A DNA stretch of 56,322 nucleotides from the IMG/VR virus record IMGVR_UViG_2061766007_000564; one strand, 5' to 3'. The notes below the pieces were generated by a model, which worked only from the letters and a program-made list of their open reading frames with translations, was not told the DNA's origin and ran no database searches. The position numbers and the translations under genes are program-made. Origin of the DNA: an uncultured virus (IMG/VR IMGVR_UViG_2061766007_000564). Lineage: Duplodnaviria > Heunggongvirae > Uroviricota > Caudoviricetes. Shown here piece after piece: positions 42,701 to 54,674 of the stretch; positions within the stretch are counted from its first letter, which is position 1; every line of letters starts with the position of its first letter.

Positions 42701-45358
42701 AGGAGCTATATCGGTGTGTCCACACATAGTCAGCAAATCGATGACATGGGTGCGGATGATAATGGGACGGTGACATTGCCTAAGGGAACAGTGATGGCAA
42801 CCAGGGACAAGTTCACTCAGGATTCAACCAGGGTATCCACCGATTCGAAGCTTGCATTCATGCAGGCCGAAAACAATCAGGGACATGTGTCCAGGTTATG
42901 CATAGGCAGCGAGATGCCTAGTGCAGCCGCTGTCGGTACCTATCCTACCGCGTTGATGCAAAGCGTAAAGGGCACGACTGTAATTGCCGGCGGCGTCACG
43001 TATGTCGATGCGGTAACCGAACAGAAGCGTAACCTTGTGGAGACTCTTATCGATGCATCCCNNNNNNNNNNCGTGTCTACGCATAGCCAGCAAATCGATG
43101 ACATGGGTGCGGATGATAACGGGACGGTGACATTGCCTAAGGGAACGGTGATGGCCACCAGGGACAAGTTCACCCAGGATTCAACCAGGGTATCCACCGA
43201 TTCGAAGCTTGCATTCATGCAGGCCGAAAACAATCAGGGACATGTGTCCAGGTTATGCATAGGCAGCGAGATGCCTAGCGCAGCCGGTGTCGGTACCTAT
43301 CCTACCGCGTTGATGCAGAGCGTAAAGGGCACGACGGTAATCGCCGGCGGCGTCACGTATGTCGACGAGGTAACCGAACAGAAGCGTAACCTNNNNNNNN
43401 NNNNNNNNNNNNNNNNNNNNNNNNNNNNNNNNNNNNNNNNNNNNNNNNNNNNNNNNNNNNNNNNNNNNNNNNNNNNNNNNNNNNNNNNNNNNNNNNNNNN
43501 NNNNNNNNGCTCAGGTTCAAGAACCTTGTTCTTGACGGGGATGATACGTTCGGGTCATTGACCGCTACCGGTCGGGCACTGTCGTTTATACTGGACAAGC
43601 AGGACGGCTCCGACAATAACGGGGCGCTTGATTCCATCCTCTGGGGCCANNNNNNNNNNCTGTGTCCAGGTTATGCATAGGCAGCGAGATGCCTAGTGCA
43701 GCCGGTGTCGGTACCTATCCTACCGCGTTGATGCAGAGCGTAAACGGCACGACGGTAATTGCCGGCGGCGTCACGTATGTCGACGAGGTAACCGAACAGA
43801 AGCGTAACCTTGTTGATACTCTTATCGATGCATCCCAGGTCATCATTTCCGGGGACGACAACGCTGTTGGAATCTATGCCAAGGACGGAATCGACATCAG
43901 GAACGTCAACCCGTCCCGAGGCATCAACATCGAGACAAAGAACTGCATTGCACTCAGGTTCAAGAACCTTGTTCTTGACGGTGATGACACGTTCGGCTCA
44001 TTGACCGCTACCGGTCGGGCACTGTCGTTCATCCTGAACAAACAGGACGGCTCCGACAATAACGGGGCGCTTGATTCCATCCTCTGGGGCCATACCACGG
44101 GCAAGAGCGGCTTTTACTACATTGACGGTGGCAACAGCAATTCCAAACTGTTCGATGCAGTCGCCATTACCAGTGGCAAGCCGTCCAAATACGACGGGAA
44201 CCGGCTTCATCTGTACAACAGCGTACAGGTAAGCGTAACCGACAACAAGTATCACGTTGCATCGCTGTCCATCCCGGAAGAAGATATTGACGTTTCCCGT
44301 GGCTATGCATTACGGCCAAAGGTTACTACCGGCATAATTGACGGTGTAGGCGGTGCCGTTGGCAATGTGCTGACCAGCAAGGAAATTCCTTACATGGACG
44401 ATATCGGCGTATGGTCTTCTGCCCCGATGTCATGTTTCGGATTTATTAGGGGAGGCTCGTCGGTTTCGACACTTGACGCGGCATGTGATTTGACCGATGT
44501 CGACGACTACGTGTATATGCCGTTGTTGCGGTTTGATGAAGATAGGAATGAATGGGTCTATGACCCTCACATGTTCGCCAAGATTTCCACATCCGGTGGC
44601 TCCTTGNNNNNNNNNNCTACAGGGGAAAGTGCCATTCGAGGCAACCAGTGAATGCATGGGAATGAACATCAACACTAGATGGAATGACGCATTGCGGACC
44701 TGTTATAAGAACAGGGTATTGTATCCGGTAAGTGAACTNNNNNNNNNNAAGCATAGAATTGTGGTATACTGACAACGATAGCAACTTCAAGTTTGGCGAA
44801 ATGTCAGTAATGTCTACATCCATTAATGATAATGAAGTTGATGTGCAGGGAGAGCTCAAGTTCATAACTAACGGTGATGCATCAAGACTTTTTACAGACA
44901 GGCGTCATGATGGCTTCAGAATAACGTTCATTCCGGGATTTGCTACACAGAGTATGGGTGACAAGTTTGTGCAGGCGGGCGGTATTCTGGAGAATAACGC
45001 TATATACAAGCGTATACACGGTCATCAGCAGTTGGTTACCAGACTCGACGGCGGTTCTTATCATTCATGGGGCTGCACCGGTGACGATGCCGGAGTAAAC
45101 AATATTTCGTATTATGGTTTTGGCATTCAGCCTGGAATACTGTGTATGGAAATACGGCGGAACGTAAGTACGGCTTCTACGTGGGAAAATAATAAGCTGT
45201 ACAGGTTCCGTTTACAGGGGAAAGTGCCATTCGAGGCAACCAGTGAATGTATGGGAATGAACATCAACACTAGATGGAATGATGCATTGCGGACCTGTTA
45301 TAAGAACAGGGTATTGTATCCGGTAAGTGAACTGGCTGCCATTCTGCAGGGAGTATAA
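39743..45358 (+). CDS. Long tail fibre/spike with YadA-head-like repeats (fragmented, multiple haplotypes)
   Basis: SYAFGNLSLAFGDHSVAQADGSLIFGN..SFIAGG..AFA..SFAA repeats and NQTVVGQ..N..FVVGTG motif. ATAAACTA at 39706-39713. AT-rich distal domain ends at stop 45358. Confidence 0.65.
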
Positions 45359-45359
45359 T

Positions 45360-48300
45360 ATGGCCGACAATCAAGACTACATTCGTGCCAACATACGTGA
45401 CATCAACGCACTGGAACACATCACTTCCGACGTGGCAAAATCCAGGTCGAACTACGAGGCCATCCTAAACGGCCTCGTCGCCTGGAATACCACGGACAAC
45501 CCGAACGTCACGGTCCGCCTTTCGACGGACAACTACCCNNNNNNNNNNAGATGTGGCAAAGTCCAGGTCAAACTACGAGTCCATCCTCAACGGCCTCGTC
45601 GCCTGGAATACCACGGATAACCCGAACGTCACGGTCCGCCTTTCGACGGACAACTACCCGTATTTCGTCGACTACACTTTCCCGTCAAGGTCGACCTTCG
45701 CTACAGGCGGCGGCACAGTCGCCGAGGAAGGGCTGTATCCGGGAATCTTCGACTATGCCAACATGATAGACATGGTGGCCACCACTTCGGACGAGGCGAC
45801 GCTCAGGCTGACTGTCGCGTCGGGAAACCGGGGCAGCTGGACACTGTTCGAGGAAGCAATGGTTACCGAGGACGGCGACAAGGCGTCGATGCCGTACAAG
45901 AAGGGGCAGTTCATCCGAAGACCCAACACCAATACGGGAACGTACATCGTATGCGTCGCCACGGCCGATATAGACGAAGGCGCCACGTTCGACGATTCCA
46001 ATACTAGGAAAGTAGTGACACGATGGAAAATTGACGAATACGCGTCATACGGGGAATATCCCGGTACCGTCACGTTTACGGTCGACACGAGTTCCGACAC
46101 GGTCAAAATTGTCTCGGCCTATGTCCTCCGCGGGCCCAGTACCAATGTTGCCCCAGGCCGCACGAACAGTGCATGGGAACGTATAGCCGACTCGATTTCG
46201 GGAAAAAAGGCAGGCACGATGTTCGAGCCGGGGAAACTCTACATCTATTCTTCCCAGGACGACCTTTCCGATGCCGCCCTGTACATNNNNNNNNNNTACT
46301 GGCCCGTACCAGTCCTTGTCATCGAGTTCCCCGTGTTCGTCCACGGGTACCAGCGAATTGTCCGCAGGCTTCTCCTTGGGGTCGCCTATGTACATGTACA
46401 GGGCGGCATCGGAAAGGTCGTCCTGGGAAGAATAGATGTAGAGCTTCCCCTGCTCGAACATCGTGCCTACCTTTTTTCCCGAAATCGAGTCGGCTATACG
46501 TTCCCATGCGCTGTTCGGGCGTCCTGGGGCAGCATTGGTACTGGGCCCGCGGAGGACATAGGCCGATACGATTTTGACCGTGTCGGAACTCGTGTCGACA
46601 GTAAACGTGACTGTACCGGGATATTCCCCGTATGACGCGTAGTCGTCAATTTTCCATCGTGTCACTACTTTCCTGGTATTGGAATCGTCGAACGTGGCAC
46701 CTTCGTCTATATCGGCCGTGGCGACGCATACGATGTACGTTCCCGTATTNNNNNNNNNNTGACGTCGTGTCGTACGAGTTGGACCTGAGGATGAACCCGT
46801 TGATGTCCGTGGTAGGAACGTGGTGCAGCACCGCTGACCTGGTGATATTGGTTACCGGAACCATGATNNNNNNNNNNACGACAGTCAGCCTGAGTGTCGC
46901 CTCGTCCGAAGTGGTGGCCACCATATCTATCATGTTGGCATAATCGAAGATTCCCGGATACAGTCCCTCCTCGGCGACTGTGCCGCCGCCTGTAGCGAAG
47001 GTCGACCTTGACGGGAANNNNNNNNNNTCAATTATATGGCATACCGGCATCGACTACTCCACTTCGAGCCACTACACGGCGGAGATGGTGTTCCACCATG
47101 CAAGCGACGAGGTGAAGACATGCAACATCATCAACTACGACGGGCCCGACCTTGACCGCGGCCTAGCAATCTACCTCCCGGTAAACGACCGCATCGTCGG
47201 CGACAACGGGGAGGACGCTTACGTNNNNNNNNNNGCCTACCACGGACATCATCGGGTTCATCCTCAGGTCCAACTCGTACGACACGACGTCTGTATCCGC
47301 CATTTCGAACCTGGCGGTACACGAGGGGACTTCCGAGCCGAACAAGGGCCTCAAGATATTCGGCACCAGCAACTATGCCAGGTGGCCGGATACCAAGGCA
47401 ATTATATGGCATACCGGCATTGACTACTCCACTTCGAACCACTACACGGCGGAGATGGTGTTCCATCATGCAAGCGACGAGGTGAAGACCTGCAACATCA
47501 TCAACTACGACGGGCCTGACCTGGACCGCGGCCTAGCAATCTACCTCCCGGTAAACGACCGCATCGTCGGTGACAATGGGGAGGACGCTTACGTTGAGCC
47601 GAAGGACGGCGCTATGTTCGAGTTCCTGTTCAGGATTTGGCCGAACACGACATACAACGGCGCGACCACGCCCGACCTCATCATCAACAAGGCCCAAATC
47701 TACGTGTACAGCGCGAAGCGTTCCGACGAGCTTGACAGTGCGAGGGTGCTCGCCAAGTTCAGCATGGCAAGGCTCACCAACTTCTACCTGTGGGCGGAAA
47801 ACGTGGCCGTCCCGGCCCGTCCCGTGTTCTACAAGGCTAAGTTCATCTACTCGAGGGACGACAAGGAATGGCGCACCTACGACTATTACCAGGTGCCCGA
47901 CCATGTGTTCCTGTCCCCGAAGGGCTTCGTCGACCCGTCCATCCGCAATGACGACACCTACGGTGCGGACGGAGAGTTCAGCGGCGTGCAGACTGCTGGC
48001 TTCCCGCTCATGCAGGACCCGTTCGCTGCACTGGACATGTCTCCCGTGCGGATGAACCGNNNNNNNNNNGCAAACCGCAATGACGACACCTACGGCGAGG
48101 ACGGAGAGTTCAGCGGCGTGCAGACGGCGGGCTTCCCGCTTATGCAGGACCCGTTCGCTGCACTGGACATGTCTCCCGTGCGGATGAACCGNNNNNNNNN
48201 NTTTTTATTTCAGGAATATTACTTCCGACGACTATACGCCTACAGGACTCGTCGGCACTACGTTCAGCAATCTTGACTCGTTGACCCAGGATGTCAGCAG

Positions 48301-48545
48301 CGGCACCACGGCAATCGCGCTTACAACCGACATCGTATTTGACGGTACTGTTGGCGAGGGCAAGCTGGCATTTTGCGTAAACCACGAGGCCAACGGCCAC
48401 AAGTTCCTTACAGTAGAGGACCCGGATTCCGATACGCTTAGTGGCATCTATGTATGGGGTGAATCAGAGGGCGAGCCTATCCGCAAGATATTCAACTGGG
48501 GAAGCCGCGAAGTCGGNNNNNNNNNNCATCGAGCACAACGACTGA
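45360..48545 (+). CDS. Large virion structural protein (fragmented, some pieces inverted)
   Basis: Starts MADNQDY 1 nt after the previous stop. The pieces overlap. The end ..SPVRMNR joins to IEHND* at 48528-48545. Confidence 0.55.
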
Positions 48546-48569
48546 CCGGATACGCGAATGGATTAGTTT

Positions 48570-48602
48570 AGTGGGCGGCCATGCGGCCGCCCACTTGTTT
48601 TT
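48570..48602 (+). terminator. Intrinsic terminator
   Basis: AGTGGGCGGCC-atgc-GGCCGCCCACT plus T run. Confidence 0.75.
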
Positions 48603-48643
48603 GGGTACCCGGGAGCATAAACTACGAAAAACGCGAGAGTCTT

Positions 48644-51600
48644 ATGAGCGAAACGAACCCCTACATTGTCAAGGAACACAAAGGCGATTTCGAGAACACC
48701 ATCCAGTATTTCGTTACTGGCAGGCCTCTTACCGACGAGGAAATGGTCCCGGACAGCCACGGGGTGCACCCGGTGAGTCCCCTGGGGTTCATGATGAAGG
48801 AGGACGGCACCACCCTGGCGCCGGCCGAGCCGCTGAGCGGGTTCTCCGCGTACGGGGATTCCGGATGTACCGCGCAGGAGGCGTACGACGACTCGTATAA
48901 GGTATCCGGCAAGTACTACATGTACGGCAGCGACGTCATCTCGTTCCCCGTGCTGGACATACACCGCAGCGAAGACGGTACCCAGATTCTGGTTACCGTG
49001 AACGGCCTCCTTCCGCAGCCGGAAAACTCGCAGAGCTTCTATTTCAGGAATATTACTTCCGACGACTATACGCCTACGGGACTTGTCGGCACTACGTTCA
49101 GCAATCTTGACTCGTTGACCCAGGATGTCGACAGAGGCACCACGGCAATCACGCTTACGACCGGCATCGTCTTTGACGGTACTGTTGGCGAGGGCAAGCT
49201 GGCATTTTGCGTAAACCATGAGGTCAACGGCCACAAGTTCCTTACAGTCGAGGACCCGGATTCCGATACGCTTAGCGGCATATATGTATGGGGTGAATCC
49301 GAGGGCGAGCCTATCCGCAAGATATTCAACTGGGGAAGCCGCGAAGTCGGCGAACAGGAGGATACTGGCAGGCTGTGCTATGAAGGGAACGGGTACAGCG
49401 ATACCGAGGTTGCCAAGTGGGTAAACGAGAAGGTCGGCGCGATGACGCACTACGGGTGCCATCCGTCGAGCGAGCCTGGCGACCTCCGCGACGCGGGCGG
49501 GCTAGTGAACTGGTTCGTCAGCAACGGCGAGGTGGACATTACCGGGGGTGCCGGGAATACTTCCGTGATGGTACCGGGGTTCGGGCTGGGCCAGGGATTC
49601 CAGGGAAAATATGCCGTGGACACCGGTACCAACGTAAGGACAGATGACCCGGACGAAACGTCGGAACACAAGTGGCTCACGTTCGGCTACGGCACCAAGC
49701 ACGATGCATACGCTGCCGACGTGGGCAAGACTGCGCTCCCGCTCGACTGGCCGTTCTCCCATTCGTCTGATTACGCCGACGAGAAGAGTGACAACAACAT
49801 TACCCTGATTAAGGACGGTGTGCTATTCGATGATGATGTGGAAGCCCCCAAGATAGTTGGCGGGCTCACCAGGATTTCCCGGGAGTGCCACGTGTGCGAC
49901 GGTACTGGNNNNNNNNNNAACACTGATTAAGGACGGGGTGCAGTTCTACGACGGGACTGACACGAGCGTGGTAGGCGGGCTCACCAGGATTTCCCGGGAG
50001 TGCCACGTGTGCGACGGTACTGGNNNNNNNNNNATATAACGACTTCAAGCCGAGCGATGGTGCGCATGGCCATACTGCCGGCACTACCGTACTGAAGAAG
50101 ACATTCGTAAATCTCGCCACCCCGATTACCCAGAAGGACGGCGACACGTTCGAGGTGACCGTNNNNNNNNNNCTATAACGACTTCAAGCCGAGCGACGGT
50201 GCGCATGACCATACTGCCGGTACTACCGTACTGAAGAAGACATTCGTAAACCTCGCCACCCCGATTACCCAGAAGGACGGCGACACGTTCGAGGTGACCG
50301 TGTCATTGCCGAACGTCAACATCCCTGACGCATATTCCGGCAACGACGCGATGCAGAACCTCAGCGGGTACTATGCATACGTATCGCAGCCGAGAGTGTA
50401 TGTCGTAAGTGGTACGTGGGAATTCAGCGACACCAAGGTGTTTTTCGATACCAAGGACTTGCTGACGTATGACCTTGGCGACACGATGTTCAAGGACAGG
50501 AACAACTCTCAACTTGATGACGATACCGAGGTAAAGGTTAAGATTAGCTTCGACGCTTACAGCAGAAAGAAGTTTGCCGGCATTGGCACCATTGCGGACG
50601 GAAGGTATGTCGTGCTGAAAGAAGCACTGAATATTCCGGCTGGACTCCTGCGCAAAATCAAGAGGAGCGCAGATTCGGACGGAAACATCAAGGGCTCCAT
50701 CTGCGGTGCCGCATATGTTGAGACAAACAACGAGACGCTGTCACAGGCAATACAGACCGATATCGGTCTGAATGCGGTAAGAAATGAAGAAGGGGCTCTT
50801 GGCACTGACATGGGGAACATTGATGATTCAGGTTCCCTCCAGCAATACAACAAGCTTTATACGGCCGATACCGGCTCTAACGACAGACACCATGTGCTGT
50901 TCGAAAAGAATCGTGATAACCAATATGTTCCAAAGAACGACCAGCGGCAGATTGTGGCGACTGTCTACCCGACCACCACGAATACGTTCCCGTGGGCGCT
51001 GACGCACAGACGGAAGCTAGGCTTCCTCGACAAGCTGATGACAATGGAGTCCGACGCCGGGGTCAACGGGATNNNNNNNNNNAGAATGATACCAGGGAGC
51101 ATGTCCTGTTTGAAGCCGACGGTACTCCCAGGAAAGACCAGCGGCAGATTGTGGCGACGGTCTATCCGACGACCACGAATACGTTCCCGTGGGCGCTGAC
51201 GCACAGACGGAAGCTCGGATTCCTCGACAAGCTGATGACAATGGAGTCCGACGCCGGGGTCAACGGGATGTTCGCCAGGGTTTACAGGATGAACCGGTCA
51301 ATCCTTGAAAGCATCCCGATGACCGAATCGCTGACTCCCGAGGACTACCCGCTGGACATGTACAGCACGGCATCCTGGAATTCCCAGGAGAACGACAGGC
51401 TATCAATCATAGGGGCGCTGCTCACGGTCGTTATGGACCCGGATGCCAGCGTTTCCAGGAAATCGGAGGCCCAGCCCGTACGCCGTGCGCTTGCCGCGGT
51501 GAAGATGCTGGCCGAGGACTATAGGAACGCCAGGGTATCCAGGCTCGGAGATGTCGGTGCCGGCGTTACGTCCTATGTGACGGGCACTGGGATACGCGAG

Positions 51601-52640
51601 GACGGGTCTGCACTTTCGGACTATTCGAGCCTCGGCAGCACGGTCAACCTGACGCTCGACAACAACTACGAAGGAATGGCTAACGCCATAAGGCTGCGGC
51701 ATCTCCCGGAATTCCTGGCTGCGNNNNNNNNNNGGACGGCACTTTCGGACTATTCGAGCCTCGGCAACACGGTCAGCCTGACGCCTCGAAACGACTACGA
51801 GAGAATGGCTAACGCCATAAGGCTGCGGCATCTGCCGGAATTCCTGGCTGCGGCCGGGACGGACGAGTATACCGGGGAACCGCTTTCCCCAATCCTGGAC
51901 GCTTACCCGTACAGGGATAATTCCAAGTACTCATACTACAGCGGCAACCCGTATGACTACGGTACATTCGACACGACGACNNNNNNNNNNNNNNNNNNNN
52001 NNNNNNNNNNNNNNNNNNNNNNNNNNNNNNNNNNNNNNNNNNNNNNNNNNNNNNNNNNNNNNNNNNNNNNNNNNNNNNNNNNNNNNNNNNNNNNNNNNNN
52101 NNNNNNNNNNNNNNNNNNNNNNNNNNNNNNNNNNNNNNNNNNNNNNNNNNNNNNNNNNNNNNNNNNNNNNNNNNNNNNNNNNNNNNNNNNNNNNNNNNNN
52201 NNNNNNNNNNNNNNNNNNNNNNNNNNNNNNNNNNNNNNNNNNNNNNNNNNNNNNNNNNNNNNNNNNNNNNNNNNNNNNNNNNNNNNNNNNNNNNNNNNNN
52301 NNNNNNNNNNNNNNNNNNNNNNNNNNNNNNNNNNNNNNNNNNNNNNNNNNNNNNNNNNNNNNNNNNNNNNNNNNNNNNNNNNNNNNNNNNNNNNNNNNNN
52401 NNNNNNNNNNNNNNNNNNNNNNNNNNNNNAGTCAGCTCGGTGATGCGCAAGGACGCCAACGGGGAATGCCCGCTGATGTTCCCGTATCTCCCGGTGGACG
52501 AAGGCGGTCTCGGCCTGAACGCTCCCGTGAACAAGGCGGGGACTTCTACGGCGGAGTCAATCGCCTCGATGCCGCACGCGAACTTCTGGGGCGTCCGGGA
52601 GTTCCTGCGTCCAGCCACTGGCGCCGCGAACGTGGGCGAC
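48644..52640 (+). CDS. Giant virion/tail protein, N-terminal part (fragmented)
   Basis: ATG 48644 after ATAAACTA (48617-48624). Successive open pieces across gaps. Contains a CxxCxGxG motif. Confidence 0.55.
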
Positions 52641-53049
52641 NNNNNNNNNNNNNNNNNNNNNNNNNNNNNNNNNNNNNNNNNNNNNNNNNNNNNNNNNNNN
52701 NNNNNNNNNNNNNNNNNNNNNNNNNNNNNNNNNNNNNNNNNNNNNNNNNNNNNNNNNNNNNNNNNNNNNNNNNNNNNNNNNNNNNNNNNNNNNNNNNNNN
52801 NNNNNNNNNNNNNNNNNNNNNNNNNNNNNNNNNNNNNNNNNNNNNNNNNNNNNNNNNNNNNNNNNNNNNNNNNNNNNNNNNNNNNNNNNNNNNNNNNNNN
52901 NNNNNNNNNNNNNNNNNNNNNNNNNNNNNNNNNNNNNNNNNNNNNNNNNNNNNNNNNNNNNNNNNNNNNNNNNNNNNNNNNNNNNNNNNNNNNNNNNNNN
53001 NNNNNNNNNNNNNNNNNNNNNNNNNNNNNNNNNNNNNNNNNNNNATAGC

Positions 53050-54672
53050 TTGGTTACCCAGTCAGCGGACGGCGTTAACGAGCTCATAGAGTCCACTGCT
53101 GAAGCAGCAAAGTGGGCCATGGCTGTTGACTACGTTGTCCCCGATGACACCACCGTGGACCCCGCCGAATTGGTTGACCGTGGAACCAAGCGTATTCCGG
53201 TGAACCGTATCGGATTGCTGACTGAAAGCCGCCTGATTCCCCAATCTATGCTACCGCATAGGATGGAGAATATACTTGACGGTAAGATGGAATGCACGAA
53301 TCCGGGGACAGTCAACGAAAAGTGGATATTCACGGCATCTGGAACTGGGAAGAAATACGTGTGTCCGGGTCCTCCGGGTACTGGCGAATCACGTCCTGAT
53401 ATTAACACTATATATCGAGATGAAAGCCGAGACGGTCAGGGCGATAATAAGCCTATATACACACAATATCGGTATGTCCCTCTCGATAATGAATATGTTG
53501 GAACTCAAGATGAAACAGGTAATTTCGTCTCTATACCGAGCGACTTGGTAATGATAAACGGTGATGGTACCGAAGTCAACGATGACTTAGTAAACTATAC
53601 TAGGAAGATTGACCTTAGAATTGGTACACCTGCGCCCGAAGTTGTTTCACAAGGGGAGCAGCCTAAAAGTATATTTATCAATCAATCCCATGAATTGGTG
53701 CATGCGTCAACTGGTGCGTCGGGGACATGGCCATATTCGCCTCAGCCGCAGAGTGTGGCATTTGGAAGTACAATTTATGTGCCCCAATTAACAGTAAATG
53801 CTACCGGACACGTAAGTGGCGCTGCCCAGCAATCTATTACTATACCTAACACAGCGGCCACCAGTGGGTCTACCCCAACGCCTGGCTTGGTCAAAATAGG
53901 TATAGACATACAATCAATCAGCGATAACAATTCAGCGGGTAGTGTACCCGGTCCTGGGGAATATTTTGCTGTCGCTGCTGCTGACCATAAGCACAAGGCA
54001 TCCGAACTAAGGTTGGAGAATGTCAATACCGGAAATGGAACGATAAGTTATAATGGTGCATCATCTCAGACGCAGACATATAGTTTCAATAATATATTAA
54101 AGGCGACTTTACCCAGTACACCAACCGCGGCAAATCAGTTTCTTGTGGGAAACCCGCCGGTATCCGGTGAGCAATACGGTCATGCATCATGGGCTAATCC
54201 GGAAAGTTTTATAAAACCGGATTATATAATGATTGACGTATCGGTTAGTAGTTTGGGTAGCTCTGTTACTCCTATTACGATGAGCTCTTCATCATATGTA
54301 CATGGTGAAGGACCTTTGACTGCAACGCAAGCCTATTTTAGCGGGTTAAAACCCGATAAGGCATATGTAGTATGCTATTACTTTGCGTTTGATAGAAGCA
54401 ATGCATTAAGTACAATGGAATCTGTTACTGTTTCCGTTAGCACAGGGGCTACTACGTCGGCATGGGATATTGCCAATACTGCCCAGTACGTACTCGATGG
54501 TTCTATTGCGGGATTGATGCCGAATTATATAAATGGCAGTGCTATCATTAGGGTTCCATCGGAGATTTCCTATGCTAACATATCAAGTGCATATGCTCGC
54601 ATAACGCTGTCAAAACCGTTAACCGATTTGTGGAGCATGACGGGCAATGTTCAGATAGCAGAGGTTAAATAA
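53050..54672 (+). CDS. Tail fibre C-terminal part (may be the end of the gene starting at 48644)
   Basis: VPQLTVNATGHVS and TPGLVKIG..VAAADHKH fibre motifs. The 5' end is in an N gap. Confidence 0.65.
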   Translation: MVTQSADGVNELIESTAEAAKWAMAVDYVVPDDTTVDPAELVDRGTKRIPVNRIGLLTESRLIPQSMLPHRMENILDGKMECTNPGTVNEKWIFTASGTGKKYVCPGPPGTGESRPDINTIYRDESRDGQGDNKPIYTQYRYVPLDNEYVGTQDETGNFVSIPSDLVMINGDGTEVNDDLVNYTRKIDLRIGTPAPEVVSQGEQPKSIFINQSHELVHASTGASGTWPYSPQPQSVAFGSTIYVPQLTVNATGHVSGAAQQSITIPNTAATSGSTPTPGLVKIGIDIQSISDNNSAGSVPGPGEYFAVAAADHKHKASELRLENVNTGNGTISYNGASSQTQTYSFNNILKATLPSTPTAANQFLVGNPPVSGEQYGHASWANPESFIKPDYIMIDVSVSSLGSSVTPITMSSSSYVHGEGPLTATQAYFSGLKPDKAYVVCYYFAFDRSNALSTMESVTVSVSTGATTSAWDIANTAQYVLDGSIAGLMPNYINGSAIIRVPSEISYANISSAYARITLSKPLTDLWSMTGNVQIAEVK

Positions 54673-54674
54673 TA

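Noticed and set aside
33990..45358. Diversity-generating retroelement (template/variable repeat pairs in fibre genes)
   Set aside because: Differences between copies are not adenine-specific (many C/T and G/T changes, many at third positions), and no reverse transcriptase ORF is present in the window.
46297..47016. Inverted copies of parts of the 45360 gene, suggesting a shufflon or invertible segment
   Set aside because: Three separate pieces, each flanked by 10-N gaps, with no recombinase or inverted crossover sites visible. Likely mis-oriented haplotype contigs.
8458..51860. Many near-identical direct repeats of 100-400 bp inside structural genes, suggesting tandem duplications or variable cassettes
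   Set aside because: Every copy I compared is bounded by an N gap (mostly 10 N). Copies differ mostly at silent sites, and some pieces are demonstrably out of order (GT C-terminus at 37184 precedes its body; 48202-48516 duplicates a gene that starts later). Best explained as strain haplotypes stitched by the scaffolder. Long reads would be decisive.
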